A stretch of 64,000 bases of DNA from Lepidodermella squamata (GCA_047495785.1 JBLDXI010000016.1:372001-436000); one strand, 5' to 3'. Positions 11,534 through 24,271 are shown, numbered from the stretch's first letter. The notes: a model not told the origin generated them from the letters alone. Program-made: numbers and translations.

Positions 11534-12515
11534 AGGCTGGCTAAAATCTCCAGCGAAGCCTTGTTCGAGAGGCTGACCAAACTCTCTTCTTCCTTCATCT
11601 TTCCCTTTCACTCTGAAAATGTGTCCATTGGAACATTTTGTCAACAAATAAATCGATAATTTACAGGGCATCTATTGTGTTTGAGGTACTTCATCGGCAA
11701 TAAGAAGGGAACGGATCTGAATTAAATGCGAAACATTTGAAATTCCTTGTGAATTTTTATGAACGAATGCTTGATCCCAATTTTGATAACAACGTTCCCA
11801 TTTCACACATTGGAGCAAGCTTTTATAAAGTGGTTCGGCTTTTGAACCTGCCATGCCCTCGTTTTTTTATATTTTGATTTGAGCACGAGGGAAGTTATTT
11901 TTAACCTTCACGCGTGCGGATCGAGCTTGCAAAATATTGAAAAATACGAGCAAAATACGTTGTGATTGGACTTGAAGTTGTCCAAAACGAGAAAAGCGCC
12001 ACCAGCCTAAATTATATTTCGTGATCTCTAAAAATACAGGTTGCCACTATTTTCATTTCTTCTTCATAAAGCCTTTATTTTCACTTAAGTATTTCGAGCG
12101 TGGCACGATATTGAAAACATTTTTCCGACTTATCCACTCGATTATCTCCCAGTGAAATGTGAATGATTCCAAAGAAAATCACCCCTGACCTTTTCAAATT
12201 TCACTTAAATTGTTTGGCCAATTGTACAACATTTCGCTTTATAATCCTGATTGCTGGTTGCTGGTTATTAAAGCAAATTAAACCAGGTTTTTGAGAGAAT
12301 AGGTCCAACTGAATTGCTTACTAGCTCTTCCGTCGCCCAACCTAGTACTAGGACTGGCGCGGTTCAACTTCGGATCCGCTTGGTACGGCGGCAAGCCAGA
12401 CTTCGATCGTTCGCTTTCTGATACTTCAGCTAGCAGAAAAAACGAGCGTCCTCTTGTGGAACACGGTAAAAACGCTGCATTAAAAAGACGGCAAAATGAT
12501 TTTACGGTGATTGTG

Positions 12516-12760
12516 TGTTGTGTCTTGTCCAATCCAGGTCAGATTATTGAGGTCAAGTAGGAAAAGCACATGGCCGCTACTCACCACGTGGTAGCTGGGC
12601 TGGTCGAGCTTCGCCATTATGGTCATTATGTTTTATGGCTGTGTTGAATAAATTGCTTTTCTTGATCATATGGATTTAATGTTGCTATACTGATAGGGGA
12701 TCTTTTACGATTAAATAAAATACAAGAAGATTGTCAATTGGTCTTTTGTTAAACACAACA
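12516..12760 (+). repeat. 5' LTR
   Basis: TG...CA ends; direct repeat of 16876-17120. Confidence 0.97.
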
Positions 12761-12783
12761 AATTGGCGACGCAGTAAAAGCAA

Positions 12784-15700
12784 ATGGCGGATCCAGTAGC
12801 AACAACGGCAACCGACACAATGGCTCAATTGCTGCAACAGCTGGTCACTTTGAATATCGCTACTCAATCGACGCTGAACAATCACAGCGAAGCTATTCAA
12901 AAGCTGCTAGCAGAAAATGAAACGAAAACGACGCGAGAGTTCGCTGGTTTCAACCCGCAAACCGAATTGTGGGAAGACTACAAGGGCAGGTTCGACACAT
13001 ACGCCCGCGCTCATGGTAAAACCAGTACGAAGGCAGCATATTTCCTGGCTTGTCAAACGGATGCCATGTATAAAGAGCTGCAGCTACATGCAAAACAGCA
13101 ACATGACAAAGAAATCAACAACTTGAAGTACGAAGAAATTTGTGCATACATGGCGTCGCAATACGACCCGAAAAAGTTTGTCGTCCGCGAACGGCACAAA
13201 TTTTGGTCCAACATGGGTCGGAAGACAAATGAATCAATTCAACAACTGGTAAGCCGAATCCGCGCCGACGCTGCTACCTGCGATTTTCCATCTATCAAAG
13301 ATCCCCTCGACGAAGCGTTAAGAACTCGGTTTATTTGCTCAATCAAAAACGAAGCAGTCTTGCGAGCCTGTTACAAAATCAAAGACGACGAACTTACCTT
13401 CGCCAAAGCAGTTGAAGTAGCTATCGAAACCGAAGAGGCGGCTAAAACAGCGAAAGAAACGGTCGCTCCGGCGCCTCAACCGGTTCATCAATTGTCTGCG
13501 AAACCTAAAAAGTTCGGTAATAACTCGAAATTTCAACGAAAGAATTTCCAAAAATCGAATCAACAATCATCGCAACCACCAGCAAACCAGCCCTTCCAGC
13601 TGCCTTGCGGATCTTGCGGTAAATCAGGTCATCCTCGAAAAAGCTGTTTCTATCGCGACTACGACTGCAATGCATGCGGTAAACATGGTCACATCGCAGC
13701 AGCTTGTCGCTCAAACAACGCCGAAACTAAACCGGTCAAGGTTATCACGCTTCATAATCACAAATCGATCGCACTGCATAAAGTTACTGATTCGACTGAA
13801 GTCGTCTACGAAGATATTCGTATAAACAATCAAATTTTCACTTTCGAAATTGACTGTGGTTCACCGGTTAATTTCATATCGGAAGATTTCTGGAAAATTT
13901 TGGGCACACCAAAACTGGATCCCTCCGATTTCAAATTCGAAAGCGCTTCAAAACATGCGTTGGAAGTCCTGGGCATCGTGCAGCTACCGGCTTCTACGAC
14001 TTCGGTTGGTCCTTGTCAGTTAACTTTCTATGTCACTCCACTACCCAGTTTGAACCTGATTGGTCGCGACGGGATAAAATCGCTGCGAATCTCAGTCGAT
14101 CAAAAACTCGGAATCGTTCCGGTACCAGTCAACAAGGTCTTTGATCATCTCGAACCTGATTTGGAACTTCAAGAGAAATTACGTAAGGCGTGCGACGAAT
14201 TTCCTGATTTTTTCAAGGAAGAATTAGGCGAGCTGAAAAATTTTGAGTTGGAAGTAAAATTCATCGATGATTTTCAACCGGTATTTTGCCGACCCCGACC
14301 AGTTCCGTTGGCTTTGGTTGAAGATCTTAACAATGCTATCGAGGCAGGTATCAAACGTGGAGTATGGGAACGGACGTCTTTCAATGAATGTGGCACGCCG
14401 GTCGTTCCAATCATTAAACCACCTCTGCCGGGTGAAACGGCTCGAAAACTGCGAGTTTGTGGCGATTATTCGGCTTCTCTCAATGATCAGATCGAACCAC
14501 ATCGTCATCCACTCCCGTTACCGGAAGATATTATGCGAAAATTGCAAGGCGGTCATATGTACAGTCAAATCGATTTGGCCGATGCTTACAATCAAATCCG
14601 ACTGGGTCCGAATTCACAGAAACGCCTAGCGCTGAGTACTCATCAAGGTGTCCTATTGCAAAAACGACTACCTTTTGGTATCAAATCGGCACCTGGGTAT
14701 TTTCAACAAATCATGGAATCGCTTACTGCCGATTTGCCAGGCGTGGCTTGTTTTCTTGATAATGTGATTGTCACGGGACGAGACGCGGCTGATCATCTTG
14801 CGAATTATCGAGGTGCTCTCAAGCGGTTATCTGAGGCTGGGCTACGAGGTCGTTTGAAAAAATGCGATTTTGCTCTGCCAGTCATGCCGTGTTTGGGTCA
14901 TCTTTTGTCAGCGGAAGGCCTGGGAAAGGGTCTGAAAGTCGAGGCGGTTTTGAAGATGGCGCCGCCGGTTGATGTTCCAACTTTACGCTCGTTTCTGGGT
15001 CAAGTGCAGTTTTATGCAAAATTTTTACCGCCTAATTTAGCCACTGTTCTTGAACCTTTGTATCGTTTAACTAAACAAGGTGAATCGTGGTGTTGGGGTG
15101 AAAAACAACAAACTGCTTTCGAGGAAGTCAAACGCTTGTTGGCTTCAGACGAGGTGTTGGTTCATTTTGATCCGAGCAAACCCGTTGGTATTGCGGTCGA
15201 TGCGTCACAAGTTGGTATTGGTGCTGTTTTGTTTCACCGATTTCCCGACGGTTCCGAACGCCCGGTTGCAAATGCATCGAAAACACTGTCATCGGCTCAG
15301 CGGAACTACAGCCAAATTGAAAAAGAAGCGCTGGCAATCATTTTTGGTCTTAAAAAATTTCATAATTTTTTGTTTGGTAGACACTTTTCGGTCGTCACTG
15401 ATCACAAACCACTGTTGGCTTTGTTCAACCCGAAGAAAGGTGTGCCGCAAATGGCTGCGAACCGGCTAGCCAGGTGGTGTTGGATGCTTCAACAGTACGA
15501 CTACGAAATCGAATTCAGGCGAACCGAAGACCATGGCAACGCCGATGCTCTGAGTCGTTTACCGGTCGGTGAAGATCCCAAATTCGATGGGGAGGAAAGT
15601 GCAGATGATGTTGATATGGTTCTGACAATCAAAACAATCGGGTACCAATCAACGAATGAAGCAAACGCTATGACTCGAGAGTCGGTTCGTGACCCAATCG

Positions 15701-16839
15701 TGTCCAAAGCCGCGATGTTTATTCGAAATGGTTGGCCTAATCAACTGGATGAACAAGAGCTGCGAGATCTTAAAAAACTCTCACCGTATTTGTCAGTTAA
15801 CGGACCTTGTGTATTTTATGGAAACAGGTTGCTTATTCCCAAGAATTTGCGTGAAGATGTTCTGAAAGTCGTTCACCTGGGACATTTCGGTATCCAGCGA
15901 ATGAAGCAACTGGCTCGAACGGCGGTCTACTGGCCGGGTATCGATGATGCGATAAATAACCTGGCTAAAACCTGTTCAAGCTGCAACGAACATCAAAACA
16001 ACCCGATCAAAGCACCTGTTCACCCTTGGTCACTTCCGGAACAACCTTGGACTCGAGTTCATGTCGATCATGCGATAAATTTCCTCGAGTCGAATTGGCT
16101 GATCTTGGTGGATTCAACATCGCGCTATCCTTGCATTCACCCCACCAAATCACTGACGGCCAAAACGACTTTGGAATTGCTCGATGAAGATTTCGCTCAC
16201 TTCGGTTTTCCTCAGGTGCTGGTTACCGACAATTTTCCCATGTTTCATTCAGAAGAATTTCAACGGGGTTGTGCTGATCGGGGAATCATCCACTTGACTG
16301 GCGCACCGTATAAGCCGGAAACTAACGGACTAGCTGAACGATTTGTTGAGACCTTCAAAAACTCAATGAAAAAGTCATCGTTAACGAAAACGGATGCCTT
16401 GAACGAGTTCCTGATGGTCTATCGTCGTACTCCTTTGGCGAATGGCTATTCACCAAGCGAATTACTCAACGGTCGCCAAATCCGTGCAAAAATTGATACT
16501 CTGGTGTTAAACCCGATTTTGAATGACCAAAAGCGACAAGCGACTCGAACCGAAACGGCGACTACGGCAACCACCTTTACTACCGGTGATGAAGTCTGGG
16601 CTCGTGTCCTGGGCGGTCGTCTCGCGAATCGTGATCCAAAATGGGTAGCTGCGGTTGTCGAACAAGTTTGTGGACCCCGACGTTATCAAGTTCGAGTTCT
16701 ATCTGATGATTTACTTTGGACTCGTCACGTCGATCAACTTTGTCCACGTTTTGGTGATGCTCCACCTGAACCTCCGGTGATCAATCAAACTCCTGAAATT
16801 GGCTTACGTAGAAGTCCGCGCTTACAAGTTCGTCTGTGA
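12784..16839 (+). CDS. Gag-Pol polyprotein (two CCHC knuckles, protease, RT, RNase H, integrase)
   Basis: CGSCGKSGHPRKSC, CNACGKHGHIAAAC; FEIDCGS; RLPFGIKSAP, FLDN; VDASQVG..EKEALA..TDHKPL; HLGH..CSSC, VDH..TDN..AERF. The PR-RT-RH-IN order indicates Gypsy. Confidence 0.95.
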   Translation: MADPVATTATDTMAQLLQQLVTLNIATQSTLNNHSEAIQKLLAENETKTTREFAGFNPQTELWEDYKGRFDTYARAHGKTSTKAAYFLACQTDAMYKELQLHAKQQHDKEINNLKYEEICAYMASQYDPKKFVVRERHKFWSNMGRKTNESIQQLVSRIRADAATCDFPSIKDPLDEALRTRFICSIKNEAVLRACYKIKDDELTFAKAVEVAIETEEAAKTAKETVAPAPQPVHQLSAKPKKFGNNSKFQRKNFQKSNQQSSQPPANQPFQLPCGSCGKSGHPRKSCFYRDYDCNACGKHGHIAAACRSNNAETKPVKVITLHNHKSIALHKVTDSTEVVYEDIRINNQIFTFEIDCGSPVNFISEDFWKILGTPKLDPSDFKFESASKHALEVLGIVQLPASTTSVGPCQLTFYVTPLPSLNLIGRDGIKSLRISVDQKLGIVPVPVNKVFDHLEPDLELQEKLRKACDEFPDFFKEELGELKNFELEVKFIDDFQPVFCRPRPVPLALVEDLNNAIEAGIKRGVWERTSFNECGTPVVPIIKPPLPGETARKLRVCGDYSASLNDQIEPHRHPLPLPEDIMRKLQGGHMYSQIDLADAYNQIRLGPNSQKRLALSTHQGVLLQKRLPFGIKSAPGYFQQIMESLTADLPGVACFLDNVIVTGRDAADHLANYRGALKRLSEAGLRGRLKKCDFALPVMPCLGHLLSAEGLGKGLKVEAVLKMAPPVDVPTLRSFLGQVQFYAKFLPPNLATVLEPLYRLTKQGESWCWGEKQQTAFEEVKRLLASDEVLVHFDPSKPVGIAVDASQVGIGAVLFHRFPDGSERPVANASKTLSSAQRNYSQIEKEALAIIFGLKKFHNFLFGRHFSVVTDHKPLLALFNPKKGVPQMAANRLARWCWMLQQYDYEIEFRRTEDHGNADALSRLPVGEDPKFDGEESADDVDMVLTIKTIGYQSTNEANAMTRESVRDPIVSKAAMFIRNGWPNQLDEQELRDLKKLSPYLSVNGPCVFYGNRLLIPKNLREDVLKVVHLGHFGIQRMKQLARTAVYWPGIDDAINNLAKTCSSCNEHQNNPIKAPVHPWSLPEQPWTRVHVDHAINFLESNWLILVDSTSRYPCIHPTKSLTAKTTLELLDEDFAHFGFPQVLVTDNFPMFHSEEFQRGCADRGIIHLTGAPYKPETNGLAERFVETFKNSMKKSSLTKTDALNEFLMVYRRTPLANGYSPSELLNGRQIRAKIDTLVLNPILNDQKRQATRTETATTATTFTTGDEVWARVLGGRLANRDPKWVAAVVEQVCGPRRYQVRVLSDDLLWTRHVDQLCPRFGDAPPEPPVINQTPEIGLRRSPRLQVRL

Positions 16840-16875
16840 CGTCTTTGCTGCGGGTCTCAAAGACTGGTAGGGAGG

Positions 16876-17120
16876 TGTTGTGTCTTGTCCAATCCAGGTC
16901 AGATTATTGAGGTCAAGTAGGAAAAGCACATGGCCGCTACTCACCACGTGGTAGCTGGGCTGGTCGAGCTTCGCCATTATGGTCATTATGTTTTATGGCT
17001 GTGTTGAATAAATTGCTTTTCTTGATCATATGGATTTAATGTTGCTATACTGATAGGGGATCTTTTACGATTAAATAAAATACAAGAAGATTGTCAATTG
17101 GTCTTTTGTTAAACACAACA
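16876..17120 (+). repeat. 3' LTR
   Basis: TG...CA ends; direct repeat of 12516-12760. Confidence 0.97.
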
Positions 17121-17281
17121 TTGTGATTTCACGTATTTTTACCTTTCTTATTTTTAGCTTAATGTTCTTACCGCAGATCATGATTGCTGTGTTTTTTACG
17201 AAATTTTGCCGTGAAAGTCTCTTAAAACTTATTCTTTTATTCTTTTATTCTTTTAGCTGAACTTTTCCAATCTTGTCTAAG

Positions 17282-20200
17282 ATGAAAATGGCGTCTATCG
17301 TTTGTGTCCTTGCCATCGCTAATCTGCTAATGATAATTACTGCCACAAATTCTCAGGTAACATTTCTAATAGATTGTGGAATGATTGCTTATACCTTTTA
17401 TTTGCAGTCAATTTTCAAGAATCAAACCGACGAAACTAAGGCAGAAGCAAGGCGAATCCTGTGCGATCTCGACTGTGAAATCGCGCTGGACCGCGGCCAA
17501 CAATGTGTGAGTGAAGATGGGGATGGCGAGAAATACTGCTTCCTTTCTTGATTTTAATTTAATTTTTCGAGTTTCCGAAATATAATACCTTGGATAAAGC
17601 GGCGCGGCGAGACTTAAAGTCAAAGTTGCAAGTAAAAAAAAATCAAACCAAAATAAACCTCGATAAATTGATCAGGAGTTTTCAATTTTTTTCGGACTTG
17701 TTTCGGCTAACTAATTGGATTTGCAGGTTTCATGCGACGATTACGTCTTGGAAGAACCCGTGCCGAGTGTGGAGGACGCAACTGGCTACTACCAAAGATA
17801 CATGACCCGCGACGCCGATTCTCCGATACTCGCCGCTGCTGCATCTAATGCTTGGCCGCTGCCGGTGAAGATTTACTTCTACAACAATGCTGAGAGTGAG
17901 TTCAGTTTATGCTTTACCAGCAGTCCTTTGTTTTATACAGTTTGTTTCAGAGGATGCAACATTCCAGGCACGATACATAGAGGCCTTGGAGCTATACAAA
18001 CGGGAGACTTGCATCGATTACATAATTACCAAGGATTTCGTTGCGGAAAACCTTTACGTCGACAAAACAAAGTAAGCGGCTAGGATCAGAGTTTGCTCCA
18101 TGCAGATTAATACTGACTTCTCGTATAATTTCAGGAAAGCATCCGTTTACCTGAACCCTGGAAGAGTTACCGATTGGCAACTAACTGAGACGCGTCTAGA
18201 GGTAAGATATCGAAACTGTCAAAACAACCATCTGCCTTTAATTAATTATTTAATTGATAATAATTGCACGTAAATTTAGAGCTGCTCAGATAATTTTTAT
18301 TTCATAATAATAATAATTATGAAACCAGAGATGAATTTCCGCTGTTAATAACGGAAAACAATGCCATCCGGTTAAAAATTGATCTTTGATCTCTGACATT
18401 CTCTGAAAATTCGATTTCGTATTTATACCGAATCGTTCACGGCAATCCATTTTTATGCTTATCAAGGGTATTCATTTGCGCCTGGCTATCGCTCTCGGAG
18501 TGGTAAGTTTCGAATTAGTTGGTTGGAAACTAATTCATTACACCTTTTCGCCCTACTAAGCCTTATGAACACACTCGATTTGACCGCGATCGATACCTGG
18601 AGTTTCATAAATTCGATTGGTAGAACACTCCGTCCTTGGATAAATGTTTCATGATTTGTGTATGATAAGGTGGACAACTACTTACTGGCCGACTTCAATG
18701 GAACACAGCGTGCCGTTTGACTACGCTTCCGCGACCATGGTGCATCCGTCCGAGCAAGGCGGCATTCTCGAACCGCATGACTGGCGTTTTATTGGAGCTA
18801 TGAATTCGAAATACCCCTCATTCAACAATTTCAAGACACTAAATTTGATGTACGATTGCACAGGTGAGTTGATAGTGCGAAAATTGAGGTGAAACTAACG
18901 ATTGCGCTGTTTTCGAAGTCCGGATTGTACTTTTCTCATTCCAAATGAAAAATTGCATCTTTTCGCTCTGTATAGCCCATTGTACTGGCAAATCGCCTGC
19001 TTGCAAGCACGGCGGCTACCGCGATCCGAAGTCCTGTGATCGATGCAAGTGCCCGCCTGGATTCGGTGGCCCGACCTGTGAAGACATGCCTCCTTTTCCT
19101 GGTGAAAATTGCGGATGTGTGCTCAATATTCCTACATGTACCACGATCGAAATCAAATCCCCAAACTATCCCGACAACTACCCTGCTGGCAGTAGTTGCA
19201 CTTGGTGGGTCGTATCTTCAACGGTACGATTTCTTCTACTTACCTCATTATTTGTTGTTGCACTTGAACGGGTTTTATTCTTAACAGCCGGGAATAGTAT
19301 TCGGATTCAGTAAAAAGCCTGATCTTACAGTTGGCACAAGTGAGTTCTATCTTGAAAGAGGAATGTGTAAGCATAATGAAAAACATTCACATCTTGCAGG
19401 CGATAGCGGTCGGTCGAATTACACCGATTCCTGCATTGATTACGTGGAAATACGCAATCCAGTCGATGGGACGGCGCCCTACCCTCGATTCTGCTCATAT
19501 GGCGTCACTTCTGGTAAAATTGTTGAAACCAATCGTACGAAAGCGGTAGTCTACTTCAAATCGAACTCGCCAAATCCTGGCAAAGGCTTCCGTTTACTCG
19601 CTCGTTCGAACTGTCCAACAGACAAAAAGCGAGAGTTGAAGTTATCGCCGATCGGCTACGACTACGAGGGCACGGTGTCAAATACTTCCACCAACCTTAC
19701 ATGCAACAAATGGCCAAGTCTGGATTGGATGAACGATTTTTACCAGCTTCTGAAGTTTCCGAGGGCTGATGTCAACCGATCGCTAAACTACGTCCGTAAT
19801 CTTGATTCGCTGCCAACTGGCCCTTACTGCAACACGAACGAAGGGCAGCTGCCTGCTCCAGCTAACAAACCGGCAACCCCTATCAGTGCGTTTCAACTAT
19901 AATATTTATCACCCGATACGAGTGAATCGAAAATCCCAATTAAATTTCAAAAACTGACAGACCAAATACTCATTTTTGAATTTTCTTGAATTTCATTAGA
20001 TAAATAGATAAATAGTCGATTTCGCGGTCTATCGAAAGAGCCCAGCTACATCTTGTAGGTTCGCACGATTATTTTTCTAGAATTAGTTGAAATCAGCTGT
20101 AAATACGATCAGATGTACATTTGTATCATTGACAGGCCCGCGTCTAAGACGCTGCGTGGCGACGAAAAAGAAGGAATTCATGGGATGCAGAGAAGCATGC

Positions 20201-20778
20201 CTAACCGGTGAGTTTGAACTCAAGACTTCACAGTGCTTTTTCAGTGGTTCATGCGATAGAGGTGTAAGTTTATGCTCTACTTCGTATTATGGCCGCTGAA
20301 TTTTTCGTCTGCCAACAGGCTGTCAGGAAATGTTTTACTAAGAGAACGGGCACCTACCGCTGCATCGACGCTGGGGGAAAGTGTGACGGTGTAGGCGAAA
20401 CTGAGGTTTGTGCCTATGTGGTTTTACCTATTCAGTGTTCCTTAGTTGGCCATTCCACTTTTAGGTCGAAGGCGTTTACTCGAGTTACAAATATTTTACG
20501 TGCAATTGGCTCGTCTGCAACCACGTATTTGGTAACGTAAGTGGGATTTTGCGAGATTTTGCTTTTGATCATGCAATTTTCTGATATTTAGAAATATTAC
20601 CAGTGCTACGAGAAAAACAGCCGTGTTTTCATCGAATGTCGCCTATCAACAGCTGGATGTCGTAGCAACGAGGTATGTATCTTGTTTCATCATTGACATG
20701 TCTCTACATTGTAATTTGCAGTTTGCTCTTGGGCCATTCTCTACGCCAATCAAATGCTACGCCAACCTTGAGTCCTAA
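17282..20778 (+). CDS. Astacin-like gene 2 (multi-exon, inactive astacin-EGF-CUB-kringle-like-Cys-rich)
   Basis: Same exon structure as gene 1: MKMASIVCVLAIA..|..ILCDLDC..|VSCDDY..ETCIDY..GIHLRLAIALGV|PYEHTRFDRDRY..FDYASATM..LNLMYDC; ends CYANLES* at 20778. Confidence 0.85.
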
Positions 20779-21172
20779 GTAATATACTATGGAAAGATTC
20801 AGTGGGCGGAGAGCCACTTTATCGCTCAGACTTGATATGTTTTTGTGTCTATTTTAAATCTCGCTAACGAATAAGAATTTCCACGTTGCTATACCTGTCC
20901 GGAATTGCTGTTATTTCGCCATTAGGCAAGTGATCAAAAATTAATAAATAAATTATAAGTAAAATCGCAAATCGTCGTCACACGGCCAATACATCTTTCA
21001 TCCACTTTTCAAATAAAAAATTAAGCACAGAAAATCGAATGACTGATGCAGGAAAGAATCCGCAACAAATCAGAAAAGCGGGGGAAGGGGAATCCCTCCC
21101 ATCCCTTTTCTTACTCCGAAACGAGTCAGAAGTTCAGTCCAGAGAGCGCAGTAGGACAGCAGAACTGGTTAA

Positions 21173-24100
21173 CCCTCTAATGCCGGCAGCTTCTTGGCTT
21201 TATACAAACTGAGTTTACTCAATCGGTCAAAACTGACTCAAAATGAGTATATACAGCAATCTACGTGTGTATACTCAACCGGGACCTCCTTTTTTGGACT
21301 TTGAATTATGAAACTGAGTATACACCTGTGCCAATTGAGTTTACTCGTACAAAAAAAAATGTCTAAATACGCACTTGAGTATACTCATGAAGACCCAAAA
21401 ATTACTCAGATCAACCTGTGTTAACTCAAAATGTGTTTATTTTCAATTGAAAATGAGCAAGAAATTAGCCGCAGTGCGGCCCGAATTGACGAAAGCACGG
21501 GTCGATACAAAGCCCGACATCGCACACCCGACATTCGTAGGCCGAAACGGGAACTCGGCTGCCTGGTTTCCGTGTAGCCGTGCAAAGAGCGCATTGGCGC
21601 ACGCGGCTGCGTGTTGAGCCGGCATAGGTTCCGATGTGTTGTGGCCAGTGCCCGCCAGACTTCCACGCATCAGACGGAGTTGTCGCATCGACGGTTTTGC
21701 CGAGTTTGTGCTTTAGTGCCACGGCGCGCTGACGAGAGAGCCCAGCGGCGATCAGCTCATCGATGAGACGGCGGCGGAACAACAAGGAAGGGTAGTTCGG
21801 GCAATTGGCGAGATGTTTGTACGCGATGAAGGCGTTGTTGATGCTCGTTTCGAGGCCGTAGTAAATGACTGGAAGGTGCCATTTCTTCCCAGGCAAGGTA
21901 CAATCATAGCTTTCGCGCAGACGATCCGCGACGTCGACGCCACGCATGAATCTTTGATAATCGACTGAAACCGGTGAGCAAGGAACTTCGAGCTTCTTTC
22001 CGTCTTTGCTTCGCCGGTCGATTTTCGCCGTCGCAGAGCCAGTGTGGCACGTCGAAAGGTAGTTCACGACCCGGTTGTCCTGCCAAGACACATAGAGAAC
22101 GTTGCTGCCGAAAAACTTGAATCGAACGTCGCCACGCTTCGGCTTCATGCTCGGCTTGATCGGTACGTTCTGGTCCAGGCCGGCCCGATTCGCACGAACG
22201 GTGCCAACAGAATGGATCTTCGCCGACCACAGCCGATTGACTAGCGGCAACGAGGTAAACCAGTTGTCCATGTAGAGGACGCGCCAAAAGCCGTGTAGAA
22301 CCGACGCCAACCGAGTAACAATTCGTTCCGCCAAGCCAGATTCATGGGCATCATCGACGGTGCCAACTGTAACGAATAAACGCAGAGACTAATCATGACC
22401 AAGCGAAAATAAAAATGGTAAAACTTGCCTGGGTCACCTTTGCCCGTGTAGAGTATCACACGGCAGATGTAACCGATCGGCGTCAAAGCGAGCGCAAAGA
22501 ATTTGAGACCGCGCTTCACTGGCTTCATTGGCATATACTGCTTGATTGACGTGCGGCCTTTGAACGCGGTCATCTGCTCATCTACCACAACCTTGAAAAA
22601 AATCGAATAATTACACCAAAATCAGAGTAAGAAAATGACAAACCTCTGCGCCGATCTGATAGTTGCCGAACCAGGCATCATGCAGCCGATCGAGATAGGC
22701 CCTGACCTTGTGGATTTTGTCGAAATTAGGATCGTCTCGAGGCACGGCATCTTTGTTATTGGCAGCATGTAGAAACCGAACGATTTGGCGAAAGCGATCT
22801 CGAGACATAATTTTCGCAAAAAACGGTTGGAAGAACATCGGGTCCGAGTTTTCCCAGTAGTGTTTCGCTGCTGGTAGATCGATTATTCCCATCGCGATGA
22901 CGCAGGCGAGAAAGCTGAACATCTCATGCACATCGGTAGCGACGAATTGCCCGATTTCCGGGTGCTCAGCGTACATCTGCGCGGCGTAGCGATTTGTCTC
23001 CTTCACCAGCATAACAACAACTGGATACATGAGCAGGAAAAACGGCAGAACTTTAGGGTACCGTTCAGCTTCGCGATTTTCAGTGAGCTTCGAACTGCCA
23101 GCTTTTTCGGATTTCGGTTTCTTGGCAATCTTCTTGGCAATCTTCTTCGGTGGCCGTTGCTCATCGGCTTCATCGCTGCCGTCGTAATCACTTTGATTGC
23201 TCTTCTCGCCACTCTTCAAGTCAGTGCGCTCGGCCGTGCCCTCGCCACTCGCTTCTTCAGCGATCTCTTCATCGCCATGAGTACCTGACTTTTGCCCTTG
23301 CTTTTTCTCGCCGCTCTCGTTGCCGGTTTCTTCATGTGTAGCCTGTTGACTGGTGCTTGCTTCGGATTCTTCAGTCGAGGGCGGTTGCCATTCATCGGTC
23401 CATTTCGACGCAATATCAGTAACTATCATCAAACGTAAAAAATTATTTCATTCAAAAATGATAAGTTAATAATTTACCTCGACTCAGTGCCTCGACTCGT
23501 TTTGCGAACTCATCGGTTGGTCGGCTTTCGAGGTCGCACGTGGTAATGTTGAGCTCGCGTTCCTCGTTCAGCTTGCTCCATTTGCTGGGCACCTTGAAAT
23601 CGGCCAAGGGTCGGTCCAGTTCATCATCGGACGATTCAACCTCGGATCCAGTTGACCCGATTTCATCGAGGTCGTGAACGGTGTAGACTTGATGGTCAAG
23701 AGCATTAGGCATGATTTAGAAAATTTCATAAATTTTGAAGAATTGAGCTGAGTTATTTTGCCATCGGCTGTAGCTGAGCTTTTATACGTGATTTCAGTCA
23801 TTATGATGTATTAATTATTATTATTCAACAACAGCAAGAGCAATCAGTGTTGCGTAACATCTGGCGTTGTCCTGGTCATGTGCAAACATCATTAAAAACT
23901 TCACCCTCTCAAAAAATCATGAAAAAAAATAAGTTAAAACAGTTATTCGTGAAGTCGACGGGTAAACTCAATTGGCAGTTGAGTTTATACGCAACTGAGT
24001 CAAATCATTCACTCAAAACCGGCCGCGCGGGCGGCCGCCATGTGTTTATACAAAAAAATGATTGAGTAAACACACAAATCATCCGACCACCTGACGCGCG

Positions 24101-24271
24101 CACTCACCTGTGTTACGCAATCAACGCGCCGACTTTGCGGTTTTCGGAATCGGGGAGCCCTGATGGCCAACTACAAAATTGCCAAGCGGTTAGGCCGGCA
24201 AAAATCGGGAAGTATGAAAATTCAAGGTGAATAGCGCCAGTTTGAGTATACACGTTTTCGGCATTAGAGGG
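21173..24271 (-). mobile_element. Complete piggyBac DNA transposon
   Basis: 13-bp TIRs CCCTCTAATGCCG / CGGCATTAGAGGG; TTAA TSDs at 21169-72 and 24272-75; subterminal TGAGT(A/T)TAC repeats. Confidence 0.95.
21465..23712 (-). CDS. piggyBac transposase, 4 exons, apparently intact
   Basis: Removing three introns (~23477-23424, ~22645-22592 and a GC-AG intron ~22428-22369) gives one frame with VDEQM, YMDNWFT and MRGVDVAD (DDD triad) and C-terminal CALC..CRVCDVGLCIDPCF. Confidence 0.9.

Larger units (their letters stand above)
12516..17120 (+). mobile_element. Full-length Ty3/Gypsy LTR retrotransposon (single-ORF, Mag-like)
   Basis: 245-bp LTRs TGTTG...CAACA at 12516-12760 and 16876-17120, identical by eye; 5-bp TSD TTGTG (12511-15, 17121-25); PBS-like TGGCGAC at 12764; PPT-like tract ending AGGGAGG before the 3' LTR. 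Confidence 0.97.
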
